Shown: in pieces, positions 17,844-28,030 of the stretch | Numbering within the stretch: position 1 is the stretch's first letter | How the letters are laid out: each line of letters opens with the position of its first letter | NCBI GenBank assembly: GCA_009917695.1 | Contig: JAACJG010000001.1 | Coordinates: forward strand, 143,219 to 207,218 | Source of the DNA: Candidatus Rifleibacterium amylolyticum | GTDB taxonomy: Bacteria > Muiribacteriota > Ozemobacteria > Ozemobacterales > Ozemobacteraceae | Length of the DNA: 64,000 nt | Reading direction: 5' to 3' | The notes under the pieces: generated by a model | Database searches by the model: none | Seen by the model: the letters and a program-made list of their open reading frames with translations, nothing else | What the model was told of the DNA's origin: nothing | Made by a program: the position numbers and the translations under genes

Positions 17844-18378
17844 CGATTAATAAAAAAATCTTCTCCAGCCGCCCCCATCCGTCATCATAACGGTTCGAGC
17901 AGAATGACAAACTCGCACAAAGCCACTAAGACACGAAAATAAGGCCAGAAAAGAAAGGGAATAAATCCGCCGATTTCACAGACAGCAGAAGCTTTCTTCT
18001 TTTCTAAATGTCTTATTGCGAGCTTTCGCTTAAGATTATGCGCACGACCACTATTGCACGATTCTTCTTCATCGGTATCGCTATCGAGTTTCTCATTTTT
18101 ATCTCTCTGAACCCTTCTTCTGCTTATCCTTGCCACTGTTTCTCTTCCTGTTTCTCCGCGCCTCAGTGCGACCTTTCTTCTTCGCTGACCCTGCTGCGCT
18201 AAAGCTACGCAGGGCAGAGGGGAGTCGAATAACAGACTCGTGTAGAATGACTGATGTTTGACCAGGAATTACTGCAGATGACCCAGGTGCGTTGCATTTT
18301 TTTGGTCATGGGGGTATCCTGTTCACTCAGTTCTTTAAAGTTGTTTCTGGTTCTAAGCCTTATGCCAAGGAGTCTGCT

Positions 18379-20337
18379 TTGAGATATCTCTTCTGTATGT
18401 TGTTCATTCTGATTGTCTGCACCGCGTCAGCTGCTGATAAACTAGTCTGGCCTCTCAAGATAGAGATATCGCAAAGTTCCAGTTTCGCAGAATTCCGCGG
18501 CATGCGCCTGCACGCCGGCATCGATCTGCGCACACAGCGCCGCAACGGCTTGCCGGTGGTGGCGATCGCCGATGGTTTTGTTTCACGTGTCGGTGTTCAG
18601 TATCGTGGTTACGGTTATGCACTATACATCGACCATCCGGGCTTGAACGCCAGGGTTGTCTATGGCCATCTTCAAGACTTCCAGGGGCCGCTCAAGGAAT
18701 ATATCGACGCCAAACTGGCAAAAATGGGCAGTCGGCATGGCATCAATGATTTCTTCACTCCTGATCGCTTCCCGGTAAAAAAGGGGCAGGTGGTGGCTCT
18801 TTCTGGTGAGTCCGGCAGCGGGCCGTCACACCTGCATTTTGAAATGCGCAACTTTTCTGACGAGCCACTGGCTCCGGCAATGTTCGGCTACCGGCCGACT
18901 GATAACATCATTCCAGTTTTTCACCACTTTTATGTTGAGCCAATGTCTTATGCTTGCGTCATTGATGGCAGTTTTCTGCCGCAACGCTACAATCTCTCAA
19001 AGAAAACCGCCGTGCTTTATCAGCTGAATCCGGTTCCGGCTGTTTTTGGCAAAATAGGCCTGCAGGCAGGCATTTCCGATACCAATGGCGATGGCAACCG
19101 TTACGGAGTCGAGAACATCAATCTTGAAGTGAATGATACTATGCTGCTAGAGCGCGTGTTTCACCGTTATACTTATGAACAGAGCCGCCAGGCGACATGG
19201 GTTTACGACTATTTCAAGTCGAATCAGAAGGGAACCGGTTATGTCTATACTCTGTTCAAATGGCCATTTGACACCCTCTATTTTTCTTCTGGCCATCCTG
19301 TCTGGAGCGGAATCTTTGATGCAGGTTCGTTCGCCGGGAATTGCGCTGAATTCTCAATAAATGCTGAAGATTTTGGCGGCAATCGAATCTCGGCTGTTGG
19401 CAGCATCGTTAACCATCCGCTCGATTTTGCCAGCGAAATCGAAGCTTCTGAGCTCTCCAGCTTCAGCTTCGATCGCTTCGAACAGACCGATTATACTCTT
19501 GTGGTCATAGGAAGCCGAGGAAAGGGGCCAAAGATCACAAAAGAAGCCGGAATGGTTACCTGTCGTGACAGTCGTGGCGAAGCTGCAAAACTCAAAGCAT
19601 TGTTCGGCGGTACCAGGGTCGAGATTGCGTTTCCCAAAGAAAAACGTTGGCAGCATGGTGCCTGGCTCGGCGAACGGCAAATTTTGCCGGAGACAATGCT
19701 GGTCGGCCCTGAAGGCGCCACTCTGTCGCCGTTGCCTGACGCCAGTGTGGTATTTGCCCGCAACTCTTTGCATTTTCCGACATTTTGTTCTTTTCTGCGG
19801 ACGATCGAAAAGCCTGCTCCTGGCGGGAACGCGAAGCGAGGAATTCTTAAGCCCTACAGCGCTGTCTGGACACTTATGCCATCAGAAAAAGTCTTTGACG
19901 CAGAAGCCAAAATCAGTATACGGCCGGAAAATTACTCGGGCAGCCTTCAGAAGCTTGGAATTTACAATGTGTCTGATAGTGGCAAATATTCTCATAATGG
20001 CGAGAAGGTCGAGCAGGGAGCTTTGACTTTTACGACCCGCCTCGGTGGCAGTTTTGTGATTCTGGAAGACTTGATTGCACCGGTTATCAGTTATTCGCGC
20101 AAGGACAAAAATTATCATCTCGGCCCGGTCTATGTTTTCAGGGTTTCAGACCTTGGTGAAGGCGTCGATTATCTCAGTGCAAGTGCAACCGTTGCCGGCA
20201 GGAAGACCGAAGTCTACTCAGATCCGGATAAAGCCGAAATTTATGTGGTCAGGCCTGCAGGCAGCAACCACAAGGTCTCTCTAGAGGTGCGTGACAACGC
20301 CGGGAACAATGGTTCAATCAGTCGAATCATCAAGTAG
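18379..20337 (+). CDS. Secreted M23-family (LytM/lysostaphin-like) metallopeptidase with a long C-terminal extension.
   Basis: The HxxxD motif is present (GMRLHAGIDL) and the HxH motif is present (GESGSGPSHLHFEMR). The signal peptide reads LFCMLFILIVCTASAADK. The track ORF starts at a TTG at 18292. An in-frame TTG at 18379 has AAGGAG 7 nt upstream, and an ATG at 18397 is an alternative. Confidence 0.75.
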   Translation: MRYLFCMLFILIVCTASAADKLVWPLKIEISQSSSFAEFRGMRLHAGIDLRTQRRNGLPVVAIADGFVSRVGVQYRGYGYALYIDHPGLNARVVYGHLQDFQGPLKEYIDAKLAKMGSRHGINDFFTPDRFPVKKGQVVALSGESGSGPSHLHFEMRNFSDEPLAPAMFGYRPTDNIIPVFHHFYVEPMSYACVIDGSFLPQRYNLSKKTAVLYQLNPVPAVFGKIGLQAGISDTNGDGNRYGVENINLEVNDTMLLERVFHRYTYEQSRQATWVYDYFKSNQKGTGYVYTLFKWPFDTLYFSSGHPVWSGIFDAGSFAGNCAEFSINAEDFGGNRISAVGSIVNHPLDFASEIEASELSSFSFDRFEQTDYTLVVIGSRGKGPKITKEAGMVTCRDSRGEAAKLKALFGGTRVEIAFPKEKRWQHGAWLGERQILPETMLVGPEGATLSPLPDASVVFARNSLHFPTFCSFLRTIEKPAPGGNAKRGILKPYSAVWTLMPSEKVFDAEAKISIRPENYSGSLQKLGIYNVSDSGKYSHNGEKVEQGALTFTTRLGGSFVILEDLIAPVISYSRKDKNYHLGPVYVFRVSDLGEGVDYLSASATVAGRKTEVYSDPDKAEIYVVRPAGSNHKVSLEVRDNAGNNGSISRIIK

Positions 20338-20452
20338 TCGTCGTGTGGCTGGAAGGGTAAAAAAATTGACCTTGGTGGTGGTGTCGTGTTAGCAATTAAA
20401 GTTAAAGACATGAATTAGCTGTAGACAGTTTTTTATGAGGAGCCCCGCGCTG

Positions 20453-22120
20453 ATGAAACGCATTGGTTTATTACTGCTGGTCGCGTTTTTGCTTTCTTTC
20501 TCGCCGGTGTTTGCCGACAATGGCACTTCGATAGTCAAATTTGGTGACCTGCACGGCGAAGTAAATGTGCGACCGAATTCTGAAGACGATGATGCCTATA
20601 TTTTTGCCGAGCTTGCTACGCCGCTGCATCATGATGACCGCATCAAGACTTTGACGCGATCCGGTGCCATTTTGAGTTTCGCTGACATGACGACTTTTGT
20701 GCTCAAGGAAGATACGACGATTGTACTCGACATCGCCAACGAGAAGACCAGCAAAGTTGGTCTTCTGGCTGGAAACATCTGGGTGAACCTCAAAAAGATG
20801 GCAGCTGATGGGTCGCTTGAAGTCGAAATGGGGCAGGCGGTTGCCGGTCTCAAGGGCACCAATATCACCTGCTCGACCAGTAGTGGGGAAGACCGCATTC
20901 AAGTTTTGCGCGGTATTGCCAGCATCTTGATCAAAGAAACCAGAGAGAGAGTCGAACTCAAAGAGGGAGAAGAACTGATAATCAAAAAGGGTGCAAAGCC
21001 TGAGAAAAAAGAGATCGATGTCGCTGCTGAGCAGAAAAAATGGGAAGAAGAAACCTCGCGTCTTGGCGAATCGATAGAGTTGAACGAAATTCCAGATGTT
21101 CTGAAAGGCATTCTTGAATCAGAAACAGCTGAGTTCTCACGCATCAACGAGGCGTTTACGCGTATGCTTGCCCAGACCACGGTTGAAGAAGCCGAAGTTC
21201 TGGAATTACAGAAAGATGCAGAGCGCTTTCTCGGGATAATTCTTGAAGATAATCTGATTCTTGGATCAATGCGCAAAAAGGTTGATCTGGCAATGCAGAC
21301 TCCTGGGTTGCCTGCCGCAGATGCCGTCAGAATAGCCGGCCTGCTGCGCGAGATCGCAGCTGTTCTCGCGCGAGTGCAGGCAAATCAGTCTCAGGCGGCC
21401 AAGATAATACGTTATCAGTTCAAGCTTTCAGCCGTGATAAATGAAGAGTTGCAGACTGAAATTGAGCTCGTCAGCAATGAACTTGCTCAGACCGTATCCG
21501 AGGTTGATGCTGTCCGGGCAGTTATTTCAAGCAATCCGAATGGAAACAGCCAGGACTGGTTCATGGAAGCCCAGCAAACATGCTCGATGGCGCTGGTATC
21601 TCTTGAACCATTGCTTGAGAAAGTCTCCGCTCTTATCTCTGATAATCCGACAAGTATTGAAGCTCAGGCGCTGTTAAAGTCGATAACAGATCAGCAGGTA
21701 ACTATAAGTACACTTATGCGATCTCTGGCAGTAGTGGAAATTGATTCTGCTACAATAACCGAGTTGTCGCAGATAGATGACACATTGTCTGATCAGATAG
21801 TTGTTCTTCAGAACGAAATCACTGCTTATAACGCTTTGTCTGATTCTACCGTAGCCGAAAAAGAAACGCGCTTTGTTTCTTCGGTTAAGATCATGAGTAA
21901 TTTCGCCAAGGTTCGGCGGCAATATACAAATGCCCAGCGCCTTTATGAGACGACAGCCAAGGCTACCAGTTCTTCAAAATTCCGTACAGCCGAAATGGAT
22001 GAAGTAGACAGTGTGTACAATAGAATCACCGATAATTTTCAGCAGCTTGGTATCGCTGCTGAGGAATTAGAGCTCAACATTCGCGATCTCGAAAGTCAGT
22101 TGAGCACATATCTGAAGTAA
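20453..22120 (+). CDS. Secreted FecR-like-domain protein with a long coiled-coil C-terminal region (paralog A).
   Basis: The signal peptide reads MKRIGLLLLVAFLLSFSPVFA. The FecR-type beta-domain reads VKFGDLHGEVNVRP...HHDDRIKTLTRSGAILSF...TIVLDIAN...GNIWVNLKK. It is followed by about 350 aa of heptad-like helical sequence. The track starts at the ATG at 20435. The second ATG at 20453 has GAGGAG 10 nt upstream, and the same arrangement occurs in the paralog. Confidence 0.55.
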   Translation: MKRIGLLLLVAFLLSFSPVFADNGTSIVKFGDLHGEVNVRPNSEDDDAYIFAELATPLHHDDRIKTLTRSGAILSFADMTTFVLKEDTTIVLDIANEKTSKVGLLAGNIWVNLKKMAADGSLEVEMGQAVAGLKGTNITCSTSSGEDRIQVLRGIASILIKETRERVELKEGEELIIKKGAKPEKKEIDVAAEQKKWEEETSRLGESIELNEIPDVLKGILESETAEFSRINEAFTRMLAQTTVEEAEVLELQKDAERFLGIILEDNLILGSMRKKVDLAMQTPGLPAADAVRIAGLLREIAAVLARVQANQSQAAKIIRYQFKLSAVINEELQTEIELVSNELAQTVSEVDAVRAVISSNPNGNSQDWFMEAQQTCSMALVSLEPLLEKVSALISDNPTSIEAQALLKSITDQQVTISTLMRSLAVVEIDSATITELSQIDDTLSDQIVVLQNEITAYNALSDSTVAEKETRFVSSVKIMSNFAKVRRQYTNAQRLYETTAKATSSSKFRTAEMDEVDSVYNRITDNFQQLGIAAEELELNIRDLESQLSTYLK

Positions 22121-22258
22121 TTTCAAATCATGTGAGATACCTGCGTCTATTCTATAGCGATTTGAGAATCGCTGGATTAAAGTCATTGCGAGGAACGAAG
22201 TGACGAAGCAATCCCAATGACGTGAGTTTTGCAGGTCACTTAAACTGTGTCTCTTAAG

Positions 22259-22285
22259 TCTGCCCGATCCGGGCAGATTTTTTTA
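22259..22285 (+). terminator. Rho-independent terminator downstream of paralog A.
   Basis: TCTGCCCG-ATC-CGGGCAGA is a perfect 8-bp stem, followed by TTTTTTT. Confidence 0.6.
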
Positions 22286-22418
22286 TCATGACCTTCGATG
22301 CCTCACTGGGTAGGATCCATATTTTTCTTGACCATATAATGTAGACCATGGTAACAACAAATGTTTAAGTTGCACTCTATAAGCCAGAAAAGATGTTTTT
22401 TTGAGGAGTTTCGGAATT

Positions 22419-24122
22419 ATGAAGCGGATTGGTCTTTTGTTGTTGCTGATGACCTTTGTTTTTTCTTTGTCACCCGGTTTTGCTCAAAACGAGTCCACTA
22501 TCGTCAAGTTTGGTGATCTGCATGGTGAAGTTAACGTCCGCCCTGATAGTGAAGATGATGATGCCTATATTTTTGCCGAACTGTCTACACCTTTGCATCA
22601 CAACGACAGAATCAGAACGCTGACTCGTTCTGGTGCCATTCTGAGTTTTGCTGATATGACAACTTTTGTCATGAAGGAAGATACTACTATCGTTCTTGAT
22701 ATCGCCAATCAGCGTGAAAGCAAAATTGGTCTGGTGGCCGGGAATGTTTGGGTCAACCTCAAAAAGCTGGTGGCTGATGGTTCGATGGAAGTCGAAATGA
22801 GTCAGGCTGTTGCCGGTATCAAAGGCACTAATATTACCTGTTCGAGCAATCCGCAGGCTCAGGAAGACCGCGTAAAAGTTCTGCGCGGCCACGCACGGGT
22901 TCGCGTTAAAGCAACCAATGAAGAATTCGACGTTGAAGAAGGCGAAGAAATCGTTATTAAGCCAGAAACCAAGCCGGAAAAGCTTCAAATCGATATTGAC
23001 GTCGAGCAGAAGAACTGGGAAGAAGATCTTTCCAGGCTTGGCGAATCACTCGATATCGACGATCTCCCGGAGATCCTCAGAAATATCAATGAATCGTCGG
23101 CAGCTGAATTTGGCAGACTCAACGAAACATTTCAGGCTCTAATGGGCATGGAAAAGGTCGAACTTGCCGATGCGGCAGCGTTGCGAACTTCAGCCGAGCG
23201 GTTTGTCGGTGTTGTTCTTGAAAACATCCTCATTCTTAATAACTCACGCCGTCGAGTTGATGTTGCTATGGGGGTAGAAGGACTGACCGATGAACAGAGG
23301 GCGCAGCTTAACTCACTGACGAGAGAGATCGCCACTGCGTTAGCCAGTCAGCAAACCTACCAGACTGAAGCATCGCGCATGATGCGCTATCAGTTCCGAA
23401 CATCTGCCATCAGTGAAGAATTCCAGGCCGAACTCGAAATAATCCGCACCGAACTGGCTCAGATCGTTGGCGACCTCGACTCTATTCGCGCAATTATCTC
23501 AGGCAACATCAGCGGCCAGACCCAGGACTGGTTCACTCAGGCTCTTGATGAGTGCAATCAGGCGCAGATACGTCTTACTGATCTGTCGCAAAGAGTTGCG
23601 TCAATCATTTCCGAAGAGCCGACGAATCCAGATGCTCAGGCCCTGGTTAAGTCTATTGCAGATCAGCAGGCATCAATTCCTGGAATGCTTAAATCTCTCA
23701 CGGTAGTAGAGGTAGATACAGCTACCATAACTGAGATGCAGCAGATCGAGTTTGAAATTTCTGAAGCAATTGTAACGCTTGAACAGGGTATTCGCGATTA
23801 CAACAGCATCTCAGCCAGTCCTGTATCTGCCGCAGTCTCTAGAGCGACTATTATTGAACAGGAAGCACGATTGAAGGCATCGATTGCAATCATGAGTAAT
23901 TTCGCTAATGCCAGACGACTTTACCAGAAGGCACAGCGGAAATATGACTCAACAATGCGTTCAACTGCCGGTTCTGGAGTAAGAACCGGTGAACAGGAGG
24001 AAATGGATGCCCTGTGGATGAACATAAGCGACCGCTTTCAGCAGCTTGGAGTTGTTGCAGAAGAATTGCAGCAGCATATCCAGGAACTCGAAGACGATCT
24101 TAACTACATGCTTAATCGATAA
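22419..24122 (+). CDS. Secreted FecR-like-domain / coiled-coil protein (paralog B of the previous protein).
   Basis: It aligns visibly residue by residue with the 20453..22120 protein (VKFGDLHGEVNVRPDSEDDDAYIFAEL...TLTRSGAILSFADMTTFV...). The signal peptide reads MKRIGLLLLLMTFVFSLSPGFA. The track starts at the TTG at 22401. Confidence 0.55.
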   Translation: MKRIGLLLLLMTFVFSLSPGFAQNESTIVKFGDLHGEVNVRPDSEDDDAYIFAELSTPLHHNDRIRTLTRSGAILSFADMTTFVMKEDTTIVLDIANQRESKIGLVAGNVWVNLKKLVADGSMEVEMSQAVAGIKGTNITCSSNPQAQEDRVKVLRGHARVRVKATNEEFDVEEGEEIVIKPETKPEKLQIDIDVEQKNWEEDLSRLGESLDIDDLPEILRNINESSAAEFGRLNETFQALMGMEKVELADAAALRTSAERFVGVVLENILILNNSRRRVDVAMGVEGLTDEQRAQLNSLTREIATALASQQTYQTEASRMMRYQFRTSAISEEFQAELEIIRTELAQIVGDLDSIRAIISGNISGQTQDWFTQALDECNQAQIRLTDLSQRVASIISEEPTNPDAQALVKSIADQQASIPGMLKSLTVVEVDTATITEMQQIEFEISEAIVTLEQGIRDYNSISASPVSAAVSRATIIEQEARLKASIAIMSNFANARRLYQKAQRKYDSTMRSTAGSGVRTGEQEEMDALWMNISDRFQQLGVVAEELQQHIQELEDDLNYMLNR

Positions 24123-24143
24123 GGCTACCCGGAGGAAGATAAA

Positions 24144-26108
24144 ATGAAAAAATACACTGTTGCAATAATAGTTTTCGCGATAACAGTTCTGGGCAGTCCG
24201 CTGTTTGCCCTTTCGGCCGCAAGTGAGCGTGCTCTCGACGCTTTTCGGAGATATGAACCTGATTTTGCCAATTCTTTGCGCCGTCTTGAAGAGCTTGACC
24301 GACGCATGGAAAACCTGAATATTGATGCCGATAGTCCACGCGGTATCGAAATCAAAGACGAAGCTGAAGAAACGCTCAATCGTGTGCAGCGCCGCTACGA
24401 TTTGATGGAAGACCTGTTTACCAGCGTTTCTGCTGATTATCCTGCTGACCGCACTCAGCTGTTTGATGGGTTTTCGCGCATAGATGATCTTTATCGAAGC
24501 GTCCGCGATACATATCTTCAGAAATTTCTATATCGTGGCCAGAAACAGCCGGCTGCTAAAGAAGAGGCTCCCGCTGCCGCAAGCGAAACTGTTTCAGACG
24601 ATGGCGAGACGGCCGCTCCTGCCGCAGCATCCACCGCTACCACCAGAGTTGAAGATGAAAAGCGAGTAGACATCAGCGGCGTTTTAAAGCTCGATTTCAG
24701 AAATCGCAACGAAGTATATCGCACTCAGACCAACGCCGTTCCTAATGTGAACACAGAAGATGCTCTGCCGAACAACCTCAGGCAGGGTCGCCTTTCTCTG
24801 ACATTCAAGTTTGACGAAAATCGTCAGCTGTTTGCTGAAGAACGCTTTCTCAAGCGCGAACGCAATGAGCCAGTTCACGAAAACTATTTCACTTTGTCTT
24901 ACCTGCACAAAGTCGATCAGGATCACGTCTGGACACTCAAAAATACTTTGCAGCATGCCTGGTATCCTGAAAACGGCATCAAGGATTATCGCAACAATCT
25001 GATTGAAGCTTTCTATAACGAACGCTGGACCAAACGCGAAAGACTGGCTAATATTGGTTACCAGACCCGCATTTATCCGAGATATACGCGGTCAGATTTC
25101 CATCAGTTCAATCTCAGCGATCAGGAAACCTGGTTTAAGGAATTTGGCACCGTATTCGCTGAGCTGAAGGGCAATTGGCGCCGATATCGCAATGTCGATG
25201 ACCTCGACTATGATAACTTCAATCTCTATACCGAATATAATCGCAGCTACACGGGCAATAAAGCCGAACTGGCCCTGTCGAATACCTTCGATCGCCGAAC
25301 TTATGATCAGGAAGCGGTTAACCTTTACCGAACCAGTTACTACGATAATTATTTCAGGGTAACTTATGATCTGCCTGTTCACGACAGTCTTTCATACGGC
25401 TTCGAAGGCCAGCACCAGAAACGCAATTACGGTGCCGATGAACTGCGTGGTTATTCAGAAGTTAATCTGTTCAGTGCTGCACGCTTCAAAATCGACAAAG
25501 ACACCCGTGCACAGGCCGATTACCGTTATGTTTACAACGATGAAAACACTAAAATCCGCGCGCATAAAAACCACAAGATGCATGGGATGTGGCAGAAAAG
25601 CTATAACAAAGATTTCAAAGTTCGTCTTGATGATACATACCACATGCGCACTTCAGTCGTCGGTGAAACCATGGATTTCCGCGAAAATATGTTCACCGCC
25701 AAGCTGTCATGGCGTCTCAAAAGCAAAATCGATCTGACCTGGAACAATGAGTATCTGACCCGCTTCTATGACGAAACCTTCTATCGGGATTTCAGGTATT
25801 TCCTCAGTGGTCTGAACTTTTCTTATGCCAAACCTGGAACCTACGACTGGAAAGTTGATCAGAGCTGGCGCAAATTCTCTTTCCGTAACGGCAATAACGT
25901 AAACACCGGCTGGGAAGCAGAAGCACAGCCGATAACGCAGTTACAATACAATTATATAATTAACAGTGATCTCAAACTGCGTCTGAGAGCCTCATGGGAA
26001 AAGACCTACTACCGTTCGTTCGATTCTCTCTCTCAGGAATTGCTCTGGGATTTCGCCAGACCGATGACCATAACCGAATTCTTCGGCGGTCTCGAATACA
26101 CTTTCTGA
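24144..26108 (+). CDS. Putative outer-membrane beta-barrel protein with an N-terminal coiled-coil segment.
   Basis: The signal peptide reads MKKYTVAIIVFAITVLGSPLFALSAAS. An Ala/Glu/Pro-rich linker follows. About 450 aa is rich in Y/R/N/D/W/F alternating hydrophobic residues, and the C-terminal residue is Phe (...GLEYTF), as is typical for OMPs. It lies 22 nt downstream of paralog B. Confidence 0.5.
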   Translation: MKKYTVAIIVFAITVLGSPLFALSAASERALDAFRRYEPDFANSLRRLEELDRRMENLNIDADSPRGIEIKDEAEETLNRVQRRYDLMEDLFTSVSADYPADRTQLFDGFSRIDDLYRSVRDTYLQKFLYRGQKQPAAKEEAPAAASETVSDDGETAAPAAASTATTRVEDEKRVDISGVLKLDFRNRNEVYRTQTNAVPNVNTEDALPNNLRQGRLSLTFKFDENRQLFAEERFLKRERNEPVHENYFTLSYLHKVDQDHVWTLKNTLQHAWYPENGIKDYRNNLIEAFYNERWTKRERLANIGYQTRIYPRYTRSDFHQFNLSDQETWFKEFGTVFAELKGNWRRYRNVDDLDYDNFNLYTEYNRSYTGNKAELALSNTFDRRTYDQEAVNLYRTSYYDNYFRVTYDLPVHDSLSYGFEGQHQKRNYGADELRGYSEVNLFSAARFKIDKDTRAQADYRYVYNDENTKIRAHKNHKMHGMWQKSYNKDFKVRLDDTYHMRTSVVGETMDFRENMFTAKLSWRLKSKIDLTWNNEYLTRFYDETFYRDFRYFLSGLNFSYAKPGTYDWKVDQSWRKFSFRNGNNVNTGWEAEAQPITQLQYNYIINSDLKLRLRASWEKTYYRSFDSLSQELLWDFARPMTITEFFGGLEYTF

Positions 26109-26133
26109 GCCGACTACAGGAAATAAGAGGTAA

Positions 26134-27999
26134 ATGATTATGAATAAGTTGAGAGTCCTGTCAGTCCTTGTAATTCTTGCTATAACGCTTGTCGCAGCAG
26201 GTTGCGGCGGTGGTGGTGCCAGATCGGTTGAGATCGATAAAGACGTCGTTGGTATCACTTCTACCCTTAATAACTTCATTGCGGCCGCCCGCAGTGGCGA
26301 TAAGGCGACTCTTCAGTCCCTTCTCGCGTCACCTTCTGAATCTTATCTTATTGTTAAAGACTTTGGCGTAGATATTACAGACCCTGACGACAATCAGCCT
26401 TACGAATTCTACGTGAATCCTGATCTGATTGCTCAAACTTCGGCAGACCAGGCATATGTCTATGCTTACTACTTACTGCACAGCGGTGAACCACTCTGGT
26501 TGTATTTCAACATGGTGCGCGAAGAAGGCCGCTGGGTCATCGAAGAAATGAAGGAAAAGGCCCCCGAAGCCGGCGGTTACGTGCAACCGATCGAGCCGAC
26601 TCCGATCACCCCTGTTACTCCCAGTGATTTCGTTATTGCCAGCTTCAATCCTATGGACAGTAATATCGACAAGATATTTGCAATTGAAGACAATGCTGGT
26701 AATGCGAGCAGCACACGATTGATTACCAGCTATACCGAGCCATGGCTTGATTCAGATACCGGTATCTCTTTCGCCGAACTTGTGGAAATGTATGAAGAAC
26801 CAGATGGGGCATCTTATCAGGGTTTTGTTCCGTCTGATCTTATTCCGAACCAGAGGTCTATACGCAATAGCTTACCTCATGCGATTTCCAGAACAGTCGC
26901 TTCGAAACTTCGCAGCAGTCGCTTCAGCCTTCGCGGGCAGCTGGAAGACCCTAACGTTTCTGTCTATTACGGATTCGACAGCAGCGGCGCCATGTGGCTC
27001 AAACTCGTCGATTCTGTCTCGATCGTCATGTTCAACAATAACATGCCGATTAAGCTGTTCGAGCCTTCTCATCCATATGGCACGACTCGCACAGTTAATT
27101 TCCCGTATGAAGTTGATGGTTTTACTTACTCTTCTACTATCACTATCAATATCGGTTTCCCCACTTCTTTCACCACACCGTTGCAGACTTACACTGCTGT
27201 GCCGGTAACCTTTACCGATGTCGATGACGAAACCGGCGAAGGCGCCAAATGGACCGAATATCTCGTTCCCGTTATTGGAGAAGTTGGCTACGACGATTAT
27301 GAGACGATTACCTCGGCGACTCCGATCGAAAAAGACCGTCTGCTGACCAGATTTAATGGCGACGGATCTCTTAATGAGCGTAATGACCCTATTATTACCA
27401 ATACTAACACCAATCTGGGGACATATAATGTTGGCGACCCGATTACTGCCATGCAGGTAAATGTTTCTGGCGGGACTGCTCCTTATCTCTTCCGCTGGTA
27501 TCTTGCAGGCCCAACACTTTATAATCTGCCCGGGGTAACAGTTTCTCCTACGGGGCTCTTACAGGGTGTTGCACAGGGTTCTGGTGCTGGTGACATTTTC
27601 GAAGGAAAGCTTGAAGTCGTTGATAAATACGGTCGCTATTCAGTCAAGATTTTTTCTTATGAAACTCTGGTGGGTGAGGTAAGTGCCTCTGCAATAATGT
27701 TTTCTCCCCCCGTAGATTCTTCGCTCCCAATTGAAACTAGTAAAGAATATACGGTGTTGGTAAATGGGGGTTCTGTTCCCTACAACAGTTACACATTTTC
27801 GATCTCGCCGGATCCATCGACCTTTTCTTCAACCGCTAGTGTCGGGGTTTACCCGACGACCTTTGGTGATGATACCAGTCCGGCAATGTTGAGTGTGTAT
27901 GGCTTTACTTCTGGTTCTGTGACATTCACAGTTACTGCAACGAGCGTGTTGAATGAATATTCTTCTGATCCGATCACCATTTCGTTCAGCGCCCCATAG
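26134..27999 (+). CDS. Large lipoprotein with putative Ig-like domains.
   Basis: A lipobox is present (LTLVAAGCGGGGA). The C-terminal half contains segments resembling the 'putative Ig' fold (GGTAPYLFRWYLAGPTLYNLPGVTVSPTGLLQG). It lies 26 nt downstream of the OMP gene. Confidence 0.5.
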   Translation: MIMNKLRVLSVLVILAITLVAAGCGGGGARSVEIDKDVVGITSTLNNFIAAARSGDKATLQSLLASPSESYLIVKDFGVDITDPDDNQPYEFYVNPDLIAQTSADQAYVYAYYLLHSGEPLWLYFNMVREEGRWVIEEMKEKAPEAGGYVQPIEPTPITPVTPSDFVIASFNPMDSNIDKIFAIEDNAGNASSTRLITSYTEPWLDSDTGISFAELVEMYEEPDGASYQGFVPSDLIPNQRSIRNSLPHAISRTVASKLRSSRFSLRGQLEDPNVSVYYGFDSSGAMWLKLVDSVSIVMFNNNMPIKLFEPSHPYGTTRTVNFPYEVDGFTYSSTITINIGFPTSFTTPLQTYTAVPVTFTDVDDETGEGAKWTEYLVPVIGEVGYDDYETITSATPIEKDRLLTRFNGDGSLNERNDPIITNTNTNLGTYNVGDPITAMQVNVSGGTAPYLFRWYLAGPTLYNLPGVTVSPTGLLQGVAQGSGAGDIFEGKLEVVDKYGRYSVKIFSYETLVGEVSASAIMFSPPVDSSLPIETSKEYTVLVNGGSVPYNSYTFSISPDPSTFSSTASVGVYPTTFGDDTSPAMLSVYGFTSGSVTFTVTATSVLNEYSSDPITISFSAP

Positions 28000-28030
28000 G
28001 CGGCAAGGCAACGATCGTTTCCGGTTGTAA

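Noticed and set aside
17885-18136. An 83-aa basic ORF on the minus strand lies in the fliK/M23 divergent region.
   Set aside because: It has no RBS and Lys/Arg-rich low-complexity composition. Its position is consistent with a promoter region, so it is probably spurious.
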